Assembly: GCA_963799775.1 (NCBI GenBank)
Contig: CAWCYD010000003.1
Location: 1,824,001 to 1,888,000 of the forward strand
Reading direction: 5' to 3'
Source: an uncultured archaeon
GTDB lineage: Archaea > Thermoproteota > Nitrososphaeria > Nitrososphaerales > Gagatemarchaeaceae
Length of the DNA: 64,000 nucleotides
Shown: positions 30,784 to 46,624 of the stretch, one piece after another
How the letters are laid out: each line of letters begins with the position of its first letter
How positions within the stretch are numbered: position 1 is the stretch's first letter
Made by a program: the position numbers and the translations under genes
The notes under the pieces: model-generated
Seen by the model: the letters and a program-made list of their open reading frames with translations, nothing else
Databases searched by the model: none
What the model was told of the DNA's origin: nothing

Positions 30784-31185
30784 GCTTCGACCTCACGGCG
30801 AACCCGGCTTGTATGTTAGCCTTTTTCGGAGGCACAAGTCTCATATCCCCTGTGCCGGACTGTCGAGCGGTTCTCCATGGGGAAGCTTTTCTTCGAGAAG
30901 GGCGTCAACTCCTTTCCCAAGCTCGTGGACGAGATAAACTGGCTCGACCTAGACAGCGGCATAAGGAACCTTCGCTGAGTACGACGGAAAGAAGAAGCAA
31001 CTGGTCTTCGTGACGAGGTCGCCGCATGACACCTACACCCTGATGGTCTACGAGAACAATTCCAAGACGAGCCATCCCATCGTGGGCAAGAGGCTGCTCG
31101 TAAAGGAATTCAAGAAGAGCGAAGACCTGACGGATTTCATGCGGACTCTGCTCTCAAAACCTGTCAGAGCGTTCGTGTATTAGAT

Positions 31186-31331
31186 TGGTGCGAGAGGTGG
31201 GATTCGAACCCACGAACGCCTAAACGAGCGGATTTCTCCTTGCGTCGCCGTAGGCCCTGGAGCGACATCTGATCTTGAGTATCGGCGCCGAATCGGCCCC
31301 GCCGCCGTTGACCAGGCTTAGCTACTCTCGC
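31186..31331 (-). tRNA. tRNA-Leu(CAA) with two introns (30/31: 31281-31298; 37/38: 31234-31273), CCA encoded
   Basis: GCGAGAG/CTCTCGC acceptor, GCGG[i]A-CTCAAG[i]A-TCCGC, long variable arm, GTTCGAATC. Confidence 0.88.
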
Positions 31332-31465
31332 AAGAATTCGAGGCCCGCATGCAGTCAAAAAGCCTTTCGTCTCGTCGGGCCTCGACCACCCGTCCTGGAC
31401 ATGCGATTCCATATTCTACGTGCCATAGCCTTATAGCACTCGTCACGTCCTAATCACACAATTGC

Positions 31466-35529
<4,064 letters not shown>

Positions 35530-35532
35530 CAA

Positions 35533-36435
35533 TCAGCCGTCGTTCTTCATCTTGGAAACCCAAAGATAGAGAGACCAGTAGCCCGCCCAGCTCCCGTACA
35601 GCTTGTTGACCTGTTCGGGCGTCCTGCCCTCAGGGCCGTAGACGCTCTTTATCGTCTCGACGAGAGGCCTGAGATTGATCGGCTGTAGCTTCCCCATCCT
35701 TCCCAGCCCGCGGAAGAGGATGAACTGGGACGACCACTCCCCGATTCCCCTCACCTTCTCCAACCTCTCCTTCGCCTTGTCGAACGGGGCGGACGTCAGG
35801 AACTCCTCATCGAGATCGTCGAGCATCGATATCAGCGAGACTAGGCGCTGGGCGATCCTCTGGTTCCTCGTAGCCTCGAGGAGCGCCTTTGCGCTCGCGC
35901 GCTCCAGTCGCGAGCGGTCTGGAAAGGCCCAATGCACCTTGCCATCGATCTCGATGCTGTCTCCGTACTTCTCCGTCAAGGACCGCTTTATCCTGAGGGC
36001 AATCGGCCTCTGCATCCTCTGGTTGATGAGCGCCCAGCATGCTATCTCGAGGAAGGAGGGGAACTTGACCTGGTGCAGGCCCCATGCCCTCTCGACGACG
36101 GGGTAGAACTTCGGGTCCTTCTCCTTTGCGACCGAGTAGAACGGACCCACGTCGTCCTTCAAGCTGAGGAAGAATGAGATGCGCTCTGCCGCCGAGTCGG
36201 CGACCTCTGATGGAATCGGCTCTGACGAGAGGAGCTCGTAGGCCGCCTCCTCGACATCTTTCCCCTTCTTCAGTCTCACCGCGATGGTCTGCCCCTCGAC
36301 CATTATCGCCTTCGTGACGGACCCGCCCTCCACCGCCTGCTCCCCGCTCATTGGCCCGAAGCCCTCGAGGAAGTCCAGCGACCTCCGAAAGTCGTATGGC
36401 TTCACAGCGTCGAGGGGCCCGGTAACCGAGTGCAA
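35533..36435 (-). CDS. AlkA-like HhH DNA glycosylase
   Basis: ALINQ, AFP, LEKVRGIGEWS; start set at TTG 36435. Confidence 0.8.
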   Translation of the reverse strand: MHSVTGPLDAVKPYDFRRSLDFLEGFGPMSGEQAVEGGSVTKAIMVEGQTIAVRLKKGKDVEEAAYELLSSEPIPSEVADSAAERISFFLSLKDDVGPFYSVAKEKDPKFYPVVERAWGLHQVKFPSFLEIACWALINQRMQRPIALRIKRSLTEKYGDSIEIDGKVHWAFPDRSRLERASAKALLEATRNQRIAQRLVSLISMLDDLDEEFLTSAPFDKAKERLEKVRGIGEWSSQFILFRGLGRMGKLQPINLRPLVETIKSVYGPEGRTPEQVNKLYGSWAGYWSLYLWVSKMKNDG

Positions 36436-36496
36436 AGCGGGAGCCAAGTTCCGCCGCAGAAGTATTAAAGTGCCGAAAGGCGAACTGGCCCTATCA

Positions 36497-37060
36497 ATGC
36501 CCAAGGCCCGGAAGCGGACCGTCGTCGCGATAGGCTCGACCAACCCTGCCAAGAGGAAGGGGACGAGCCTCGCCTTCTCGCGCGTATTCAAGAACGTCCA
36601 GCTGAAGACGGTCGACACCACGTCGCTGGTCAGGGCCCAGCCCATCAGCCTAGAGGAGACCGTCGAAGGGGCGCAGGAGCGGGCCATCTTCGCCCTGGAG
36701 TCTGCGAGGCCTGACTTTGGCGTGGGCGTGGAGGCGGGCCTCATGGAGCTCGGCAAGGGCTGGCCGGACCACTACCTCAACCTCCAGATTGCCGCGGTGG
36801 TCGACAAGGCGGGGGCCCTCTCCTTCGGCTGCTCCTCAGGGTTCCCCATCCCCGCGAGGTTCGTCGAGAACCTGAGAGAGAGGCGCGAAGAGCTGGAGCA
36901 ATACGCGCACGAGCTGACGGGGGCCAAGAAGATCCGCGAGGAGCACGGGATCGTCTACCACCTCACAGGGAAGCATCTCTCGCGCGTGGAGATGACGGAG
37001 CAGTGCGTCTCGATGGCCCTGGTCCCGTGGCAGAACGCGAAGGTCTACGGGCTGACATGA
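36497..37060 (+). CDS. Inosine/xanthosine triphosphatase (YjjX/DUF84)
   Basis: GSTNPAK, QP...ETVEGAQERA, GVGVEAG. Confidence 0.88.
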   Translation: MPKARKRTVVAIGSTNPAKRKGTSLAFSRVFKNVQLKTVDTTSLVRAQPISLEETVEGAQERAIFALESARPDFGVGVEAGLMELGKGWPDHYLNLQIAAVVDKAGALSFGCSSGFPIPARFVENLRERREELEQYAHELTGAKKIREEHGIVYHLTGKHLSRVEMTEQCVSMALVPWQNAKVYGLT

Positions 37061-37112
37061 CGTTTTCCGGCTTTTGAGAGGACGGTCACCGCAAGCCCGA
37101 GAGAAGGAGAAA

Positions 37113-37472
37113 TCAGGTCTTGAGCTTCGACCGGTTCTCGGACCAAGTGTAACCGCAGTGCCTGCACCTGAATGTCTCATTATGAGTTACTTCCTTGGCG
37201 ACCACGGTCTCCTCGTCCGAATCGGCCATTTCCCCGAGTCCTTCAATCGGCAAGTCTCTAGGAAGTAAATCCGGGCCCAGGTCGTCCCTGACCAGCTCCT
37301 GCGCATTGTTGTTGACCGCGACGGGAACCTCCTTTGTCTCAACCTTGTCGGCGGTCCGTTCGACTTCGAAACGCTTCCCGCACTGGGGACACTTCATCAG
37401 GAGGGTCGGCATGTCAGGAGAAATCGCGTTCGTATTTCTTAAACCATTGGTGGGGCGGATATCACCCGTCAT
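37113..37472 (-). CDS. Zn-ribbon protein
   Basis: CPQC...CRHC. Confidence 0.6.
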   Translation of the reverse strand: MTGDIRPTNGLRNTNAISPDMPTLLMKCPQCGKRFEVERTADKVETKEVPVAVNNNAQELVRDDLGPDLLPRDLPIEGLGEMADSDEETVVAKEVTHNETFRCRHCGYTWSENRSKLKT

Positions 37473-37520
37473 GCAACGCGGTCAGAAATCGCCCGAAGAT
37501 GCAACAGCACCTGTTTTCCC

Positions 37521-37537
37521 GTGGAAGGGTTTATATC
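37521..37537 (+). promoter_or_regulatory. Candidate rRNA operon promoter (BRE-TATA)
   Basis: GGAAGGG-TTTATAT about 210 nt upstream of 16S. Confidence 0.5.
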
Positions 37538-37672
37538 CCGACGCGGCTGGTCGTGTTAGTTTGCGCATAGCTTGGCGGCGTCTGCGTAGAGCGGACGGGC
37601 GGAGCCCATTGCCATGAAACGTACGACCTCCAGATGCGCGTACAAAACGTGGAGATCTAACCGAAATGTTAG

Positions 37673-37739
37673 ATCTGACATGGGCTTTGCTCAACAGACT
37701 AATTCCGCAGTTATGCGAGAATATTATCTTGCTCCCGAT
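37673..37739 (+). other. 5' arm of the pre-16S BHB processing stem (pairs with 39257-39323)
   Basis: AATTCC-GCAG-TTA-TGCGAGAATAT pairs with ATATTCTCGCA-CTGC-AAA-GGAATT. Confidence 0.88.
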
Positions 37740-37746
37740 ATAATCG

Positions 37747-39244
<1,498 letters not shown>

Positions 39245-39416
39245 TAGTGTAAAAACATCGGGAGCCAAGAGATATTCTCGCACTGCAAAGGAATTAAAGT
39301 CGGTAGAGCAAGGCCTATGTCAGAGGTATGCAGCATCACACGAAGGTGTGATGCGAAGGGCAAGCGGGGTAAGGACGGGCCACGGGCGCGCCGTAAAAAT
39401 TGCGGGCGCGCGACGA

Positions 39417-39487
39417 GGGCACCCCCGTGATGAAGCCGTGCATAGGGTTCGCGCAAGCATCCGCCGGGGATGTTAATCATTCGACAC
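39417..39487 (+). other. 5' arm of the pre-23S BHB processing stem
   Basis: GCCGTGCATA-GGGTTC-GCGC-AAG-CA-TCCGCCGGGG pairs with 43447-43482 CCCCGGCGGA-G-GCGC-AAT-GAACCC-TT-TATGCACGGC. Confidence 0.9.
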
Positions 39488-41547
39488 AACGACGCCAAAT
39501 GGTGAATGGCTTGGCTTGGGTGGCGAGGAAGGGCGTGGCAAGCCGCGATAGGCTCTGGGGAGACGCATGCAATCTACGATCCAGAGATACCCGAATGGAG
39601 TATAATCCGCCGCAGTTGCGCAAGCGCTGCGGCGCGCCGAAAGGCGCGCGAACGCTGGGGAAGGAAACATCTGAGTACCAGCAGGAAGAGAAATCAATTG
39701 AGATCCCGTTAGTAGCGGCGAGCGAAACCGGGTTAGCCCAAACCGAATCCCTGCATGAAAGTGCAGGGAGATGTAGTGTTCGCCTTCAGCGTATGCGACC
39801 CTGCGACCAGTAGCCGAAGTTGCCTGGAATGGCACACAACAGAAGGTTATAGTCCTGTAAGCGAGCTGGGAGCGAGGTCGTGCTGAGGGCAGAGTAGCTG
39901 GATTCGTCAATGTCTAGCGAAGACGGAGGAAAGCAGCCTCCAAGGCTAAACACTACCCAAGACCGATAGCGCAAAAGTACCGCGAGGGAAAGCTGAAAAG
40001 TACCCCGAAAGGGGTGTTAAAAGAGCCTGAAACAATTTGGCTACAGACGTGCATCGCATGAAAGAGGTATGAATCCAACGCGAGGGGCCGCAAGGCCTCT
40101 CAAGGGGGGTTAAGTGCCTCAGTGTGGTGCGTTCCGTCTAGAAACACGGGCCAGGGAGTTAACTGTCATGGCGAGCCTAAGGGTTCAAAGCCCGGAGGCG
40201 AAGGGAAACCGAATCTCCGTAACGCCGCAAGGCGCGTGGGAGGTGGTCTGAAAGGGCCTACAGTCATGGCGGTTTAGACTAGAAACCAAACGATCGTGTC
40301 CAGAACAAGATGAAGCCGGGCGAAAGCCTGGTCGAGGTCTGCAAGGGTCTTAACGTGCAATTTAGTCCCCTGATTCTGGACAAGGGGCCAAAAGCCTATC
40401 TAGCTTGGTGATTGCTAGTTCCAATCGAAGCGGATCCCAGTCCTGTCTCCGTCGATGTAGTTCACGCTGTAGAGCACCAACGAAAAGACAAGGATCCGAA
40501 AGGGTCCACCTTTTTCTTGAACTCCGAATGTGTGAACGCAGTAGACGCGGGGAGGCGGGTTTATGTGGGGTAAGCCTCATAACCGAGAGGGGTTTAACCC
40601 AGACTAGAGTTAAGGTCCCCAAATTTGGGCTAAGTGTCAAGCAAAAGGGAGTCTTTGACCGAAAACAGCAGGGAGGTAGGCTTAGAAGCAGCCACCCTTC
40701 AAAGAAAGCGTAACAGCTCACCTGCCGAGGTTGAGGGCCCCGAAAATGGACGGGGCTCAAGCCCAGTACCGATACTCTGGACTGCCACCTTGTGGGTGGT
40801 ATGTGGTAGATTGGCGTGGTGATTGGGTAGAAGCTGGGCCGTGAGGTCCAGTGGACCGATTTCCAGTGCAGATCCTGGTAGTAGTAGCAGCGTAGTCGGG
40901 TGAGAATCCTGATCGCCGAAAGGACACGGTTTTCCTGGCAATGCGTCATCAGCCAGGAGTTAGCCGATCCTAAGAACGAAACCAACGTATTCGTTCGAAC
41001 GAGGGAATGCGGTTAATATTCCGCAGCCTCGTGCATTCCGATGTCCCGCAAGGGACGATATCGCCTCTGACGCTTCCGGATACGGTTTGCAGAGTTTATC
41101 GCTCTGTTTAATCTATTGAGGAGGAGGGAGTGTCGTAATGACGAGAACTCCTCCGAGAAGAGAATAGCGGCCCGTTGGGGTCGTTTACTGGATTCCAGGA
41201 GACAGTGAAAACAGAGGAATGAGAGGGGTGCATGAGATCGTACCTAGAACCGACACAGGTGATCCTAGGTGAGAAGCCTAAGGCGTATCGGGGAACTGTA
41301 GGTAAGGGAACTCGGCAAATTAGCCACGTACGATAACTAGAAGTGGTGCCTGCTTTCTTAATGTGAAATTGGGATAGCAGGTTGCAATAACGAGGGGGTC
41401 CCGACTGTTTAATAAAAACACAGTAAACCGCAAGTCCGAAAGGATGTGTACGGTTTATGAATCCTGGCCAGTGCAGGTACCTTAAACCTGGGTTCAACTG
41501 GGCGAAGGGCCTGTTAACGCCGGGAGTAACTCTGACTCTCTTAAGGT

Positions 41548-41836
41548 GACCACAGAAAGTTGCCTTAGCAAAATCTGGCTATATGCTGGAAAGTCTGAGA
41601 ATGCCAGGCTAGCTCGAGGGCGCAAGCTCTCGGGCTGACAATGCCATGGCTGCAGATAATCAGCAGGAAAGGCCCTTGGTCGCAAGACCGAGGGAATCCT
41701 CAGAGACTATACGCCAGAGATCGCAATCTAGTTGCGATCAAGATATAGTCCGAACTATGCAGCGATGCATAGAGGCTCGCGAAGGATGAGCCCGCCTCGA
41801 CGCAAGTCGAGGTCAAAGGAAGGAAGTAACAGAGTG
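41548..41836 (+). mobile_element. Group I intron at 23S position L1931 (E. coli numbering), 289 nt, no ORF
   Basis: Exon ends in U, intron ends in G; P1 TAAGGTGAC/GTTGCCTTA; P3 TCTGGC/GCCAGA; core motifs ATGCTGGAAA, AATCAGCAGG, TCAGAGACTA, AAGATATAGTCC. Confidence 0.92.
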
Positions 41837-42397
41837 AGCCAAATGCCTTGTCGGGTGAGTTCCGACGTGCATGAATGGACCAACGAGGGCCCCGCTGTCC
41901 CTATCTACGACCCGGCGAACCTACGTAAGCTGGACGAACAGTCCAGCAACTTCCATCGGGGAGAGAAGTCCCTGTGGAGCTTTACTGCAGCTTGTTGCTG
42001 TGATTCGGTCTTAATCGCATAGTGTAAGGGGGAGCCGCCATGTCGTCGCCTTCGGGTGACGAATAGGCACCAATGTAACACCCCTCCCTTGAGACTGGAT
42101 CGCTAACTCCTACGGGAGGACACCGGCAGGTGGGCAGTTCGGCTGGGGCGGCACCCCCTTGAAAAGATATCGAGGGGGCCCAAAGGTCGGCTCAGATGGG
42201 TCAGAACTCCATCGTTGACGGCAAGGCGAAAAGCCGGCCTGACAGGAAACTTAAACGCAGAGTTTTCTGCCACGAAAGTGTGGCCTAGCGATCATTCAAT
42301 CCTCACTGTTGGGGGCTGGATGTGACAGAAAAGTTACCCCAGGGGTAACAGGCTCGTCGCGGGCGAGAGCTCCAATCGACCCCGCGGTTTGGTACCT

Positions 42398-43008
42398 TGA
42401 CCCGCAAGGGTTCGGGGCAAAATCACGGTAACGCGATTTGAAGCATCGGCTTATAACGGCGAACTCCTCCTCTCGGAATGGACCACTGAGGATTACCGAG
42501 AGAGGACAACGCCGTGGGAAGTCTACGGTAAAGCGAGCTTTGCGCTGTCTTGAGCAGACAGCGTGGCAACTAAAACAGCCAAGAAAGTTCGCTCCTAAGG
42601 GCACTTCTTCTGACTGATGGGACAAAGACAGAGTAGGATTCGAAAACGAATTAACATCTTCCGGCAGCAACCATGTTGCCGAAAGGCAACGCGGATGCAA
42701 CGGGCGCAACCAGGCTACTTGCCGTCCTGCCATAGGGCGGGCCGGTCTATGCCAGGTTGTGGTTTTTGTCCACAGGTAGAAGGACGATCAAACCGTATGA
42801 CCCCGTAACGACTGAGGCGCGCAAATATTGCGGCCAATGAGATGGCCAGGGCTGTCGCATGACTCATGACGTTCCGACGTCGTGGGACACAAATCATGCG
42901 GCCTCGAAAAGGTCCCGGCCATCATACGCCGACCCCCCTATCGGCCCGAAAGGGAGTGCGGGGGGTGAAGACATAGTCTGATCCGGAAAGAAATTTCCGA
43001 TAAGATTG
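42398..43008 (+). mobile_element. Group I intron at 23S position L2500, 611 nt, IA-like, no endonuclease ORF
   Basis: Splits GGTACCT^CGATGTC; terminal G; P3 TCGGC/GCCGA; P4 ACGGCG/CGCCGT; R GTAACGACTG; S GAAGACATAGTCT; insertion between P7 and P3'. Confidence 0.88.
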
Positions 43009-43062
43009 CGATGTCGGCTCTTCCCATCCTGGTCCTGCAGCAGGGGCCAAGGGTGGGGCTGC

Positions 43063-43116
<54 letters not shown>

Positions 43117-43241
43117 CCTCTACCTGATGGAAGCGGAGGAACACTGCGGGGAAGCGCTGCCCAGTACGAGAGGAACAGCGGCGCGTGGCCTCTGGCGTAC
43201 CGGTTGTCCGAGAGGGCACCGCCGGGCAGCTAAGCCATCGT

Positions 43242-43274
<33 letters not shown>

Positions 43275-43560
43275 ACTCCCAAGAAGAGTGTTCCATCAGC
43301 ACATCCTTTCTCCGCAAGGGGAGGGGAGAGCTGTGGAGAGCGGCGATAGAAGATCGCGTTGAAGGGGTGGGGGTGTACGCTGGAAGCCCGCAAGGGCGAC
43401 CAGTTCAGCCCGTCCACTACCTATAGCTCAACGTGTGAATGAAATGCCCCGGCGGAGGCGCAATGAACCCTTTATGCACGGCGAATGCCCTGCATTTTCA
43501 ACAAGCTAGCGAGAGCTTTCGCACGGAATAATAGGTGCCCCGGTTATTCCTGCATCGAAG

Positions 43561-44223
43561 TTGAAGGCAAAGACGAGCGCCTACGTAGTTGCCCAAGCTC
43601 TTGCCGTCGTCATCGTATTGGTGCTGATCTCCCTTCCCCTGGAGGCCCCGAATTCACATGAAGCTCCGACTTCCTCCACATCTAGCCAACAACTGACGTT
43701 AACTGCCTCCAGCTGCACTTCGACCTCTACCACGGTCGAGAGAGTGCTGCCGGTCAGTTCTGAAGCACAGCTGCTTTCTGTGGTAAACGCCACCTTCTCA
43801 GACCATCTCTTGCATTTCACTTTGAGGGACACCTTCGATGTCACTAATGACTTTGAGAACGGGGCGCAAATGGTCTGGGCCGGGAACACTGAGGGCTTTG
43901 GAGGAAATTACACTGGGCTGCGGTCCATCAACGAGGTCTACGAGGGATTCCTGGAGCCGACCACTGCTCTTTCGGTGATCAACGAGAGCTGGACTTTGGC
44001 GCCTATCGGGTCAGAATCGGTCGTGGTCTACTCGACTCTCGACTTCGAGGGGCACAACAACATTTGGGGAAGCTTTGACGCCCAAATCCTTGGAAGGGAC
44101 TACTATGTCGCCGCAAACGGATGGCAGATCTCCCAGGAGTCGTGGAACTTCACGAGGTTCGCCGTCCAGAACTCGCTCGAAGCTATGCCCTACGGCCCAG
44201 CTGGTGCCTCGTGTTACCAATGA
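43561..44223 (+). CDS. Cassette: membrane-anchored NTF2/SnoaL-like protein
   Basis: TM plus VWAG..GFGGNY...WQISQESWNF; related to 53890 and 46102. Confidence 0.65.
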   Translation: MKAKTSAYVVAQALAVVIVLVLISLPLEAPNSHEAPTSSTSSQQLTLTASSCTSTSTTVERVLPVSSEAQLLSVVNATFSDHLLHFTLRDTFDVTNDFENGAQMVWAGNTEGFGGNYTGLRSINEVYEGFLEPTTALSVINESWTLAPIGSESVVVYSTLDFEGHNNIWGSFDAQILGRDYYVAANGWQISQESWNFTRFAVQNSLEAMPYGPAGASCYQ

Positions 44224-44381
44224 GTGTCACCGTACTAACTCGCAAGCGAATTGCCCCCCGGCGGAGGGGCGATGAATCCTATGATTCGCGAAACCCATCA
44301 TTTCTTCGCAATTCAGCGAAACGAGGGCATTTCAGGCGGTTACGTCAAGTCGTCTTCCCGTTCAATCATGGGCCGAGGAAT

Positions 44382-44960
44382 CTAAAGTTCATCTGCAGTT
44401 GACATAGCCCGATTGGTAGTCGTTTCTGTTGAATCTTGAGGATACAAGGGATAAGGGAAGTGTTCCACATCCTCCGTACTTACTACGGCAAAGTCGATCC
44501 TTAGCAATCTACCTTTGAATCCCAATTGTGTCGCAACAGGCGTGAGAACAGTGTCGCTAACCTGTAGTTCAGATTGTGAAGCGAGAGCAAATCTTAGCTT
44601 CAGTAATCTACCCTCTCCGGCGTTAAGGAAGACTGGCACGCTTCCTTCTGTTGGACTTCCTTCGGCTCTTGTAATCACATCTCCCACTAAAGGAACAGTT
44701 GCGGTGACCTTAGTTACCGATGTTCCTCGACCTCCTCTGTTCTTGGCATAGAACTCAAGGTAAACAGATCTTTGAATACGACCTGACGTGTCAGGCTTCT
44801 CTTCGTAGTACCCCCACTTTGGAGTAATGCGCAAGTCGGGCCTCTGCGATTGATGGCTATCATAGAGGGCATATAGCGAAATAACCAGAGCTGATATTGC
44901 TACAATCAACTCGGCAACAGAGATGATGTCCATAGCCGTGCGCCGGTTTGATTGAGTCAA
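44382..44960 (-). CDS. Cassette: membrane-anchored hypothetical protein
   Basis: 192 aa, N-terminal TM. Confidence 0.65.
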   Translation of the reverse strand: MTQSNRRTAMDIISVAELIVAISALVISLYALYDSHQSQRPDLRITPKWGYYEEKPDTSGRIQRSVYLEFYAKNRGGRGTSVTKVTATVPLVGDVITRAEGSPTEGSVPVFLNAGEGRLLKLRFALASQSELQVSDTVLTPVATQLGFKGRLLRIDFAVVSTEDVEHFPYPLYPQDSTETTTNRAMSTADEL

Positions 44961-45095
44961 TTATCAGTTTCGTGTCGAGCGGGAGGCGCAATGAACCCAT
45001 ATGCATGGCAACAACTTGCCCATTTTATCGAGAGCTAGCGGAAGCTAGGACGTTCGGACAAATTCATTTATGGTTCGAGCCTTGCTTTCTCATCC

Positions 45096-46052
45096 ATGCG
45101 AGCGCGATTAAGCGAAATCGTCCTAGCTCTCGCGGGGGGCTTGTTCGGTCTCCTCCTTTACTTCATTTCTAGCGCCTTCCCTCGTCCAACGTTCGGCGGC
45201 GCCTCATTCTGGGGTTTCCCTCTAACATACGGGGTAACCGGCGGAACCTGCTTTGGTAACTGCTCTACCTTTACTCCCCAAGAGCCGGCTTTCGCGGCCG
45301 ACCTGGTTTTCTGGATTGCCGTGGGAGTTGTCACAGCCGAAGTTCTTGCTAGGAAGATACTGCCAAACAGAATGGATGAATCCTGGCCGTGGGCGAAAGA
45401 TCGAGAGACAATGGATGTCGAGTCCAAGTGGCCAGGAAAGGTGCTCTCGGTACTTCTTGTGGGCCTAATCATAGGAATGGCTTTCGCCTTCTTCGCAACG
45501 TCGACTGCAGGCGTCTTTGGTATGACCGCGACAGTCACCACGACGTCGACGGTGACAACTACGGCCCCTCCGGGTTCGAGCACCAGCGTTAACGCGCCCG
45601 ACGACGGGGTTGACCTCGAGGGATGTAGCCTGACCACCAAGACGTGCACTTTTCTGATACAGAATTTCGACCTGATGGACGGCTATGCCATTACACTAGG
45701 ACGGGACGGGATGTGTGTAACCGCGACCTACACATCGCCAACCTCTGTCAGTTCATTCGTCAACGAAGACGCGGGATGTACGACTCCTTCGAACTCGACT
45801 TACATCGCCAACAACGGCGCGACCACCGTAGTCACGGCGGTCTTCTCAGGGTGGTCACCAGGTGCAGGGTCGAACGAGCCGCCGACCGCCGGCCAATCCA
45901 TATGGGGATGCATCCTCTACACCTCAGGAGACGGATTTGGGTGTCTCGCGTTCACAGGGGTCTTCACTAATTCCGGCACCACATCTCAGGGCTATCTAAC
46001 GACAACTCAAGTGGTCACTTCGACCGTGACGGTCACAGCAACTTCTCCCTGA
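45096..46052 (+). CDS. Cassette: three-TM protein with a Cys/Thr-rich extracellular domain
   Basis: 318-aa ORF filling the inter-repeat space. Confidence 0.65.
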   Translation: MRARLSEIVLALAGGLFGLLLYFISSAFPRPTFGGASFWGFPLTYGVTGGTCFGNCSTFTPQEPAFAADLVFWIAVGVVTAEVLARKILPNRMDESWPWAKDRETMDVESKWPGKVLSVLLVGLIIGMAFAFFATSTAGVFGMTATVTTTSTVTTTAPPGSSTSVNAPDDGVDLEGCSLTTKTCTFLIQNFDLMDGYAITLGRDGMCVTATYTSPTSVSSFVNEDAGCTTPSNSTYIANNGATTVVTAVFSGWSPGAGSNEPPTAGQSIWGCILYTSGDGFGCLAFTGVFTNSGTTSQGYLTTTQVVTSTVTVTATSP

Positions 46053-46624
46053 CTCGTCTCAAATGGAAGGATGCCAGGCGGAGGCGCAATGAACCTAGTA
46101 GCTAACAGAGAGGAGTCTGGACATACCAATCCTGATAATCCCAGTTTTCCTTTAGGACATACCACTTCCCGTTGTCTCCCTGATTAGTCCACTGCTGCTG
46201 GACATTGGCGGTCTCGTTGGTCGCACCGAAGATCTCCCTTGTGCCTACAAACACGTAGCTGAAAGTGGCATTGATTGTTGCTGTTCCGATGTTCTTCAAC
46301 ACAATATTCGAGACGGTCACAACGGATGGAGAAGAGCCGAAGTCTTGGAACTCCGAACCGTAGAGCCCACGAATGTAGAACCGTTCTTCAGGGTACCTGC
46401 GTAGTCCCCGTTGAGTACGAGGTAGTTGCAGATCTCTTCCCTTCCATAAAGTTTGAGCTGGATTTGCGCGGTGTTCAAGGACGAGTGCAACGAGACAACG
46501 GACGAGTTCGTGTAGAAATCCATCATGGCGTCAATGTTCTTGTCTTCGATTGCTTGCTCCCACTGATTGAGTTGGAGCTGCACTCGCGACTTGGCTTGAG
46601 AGGAGGACGCAGCCGACGAGTAAG

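Noticed and set aside
36436-36756. N-terminal extensions of the 35533..36756 and 36284..37060 ORFs
   Set aside because: Each is the antisense shadow of the other divergent gene; starts reassigned to 36435 and 36497
39245-39487. tRNA-Ala in the 16S-23S spacer, or 5S after the 23S
   Set aside because: No T-loop or cloverleaf and no 5S-like sequence found; the spacer is largely explained by the BHB arms
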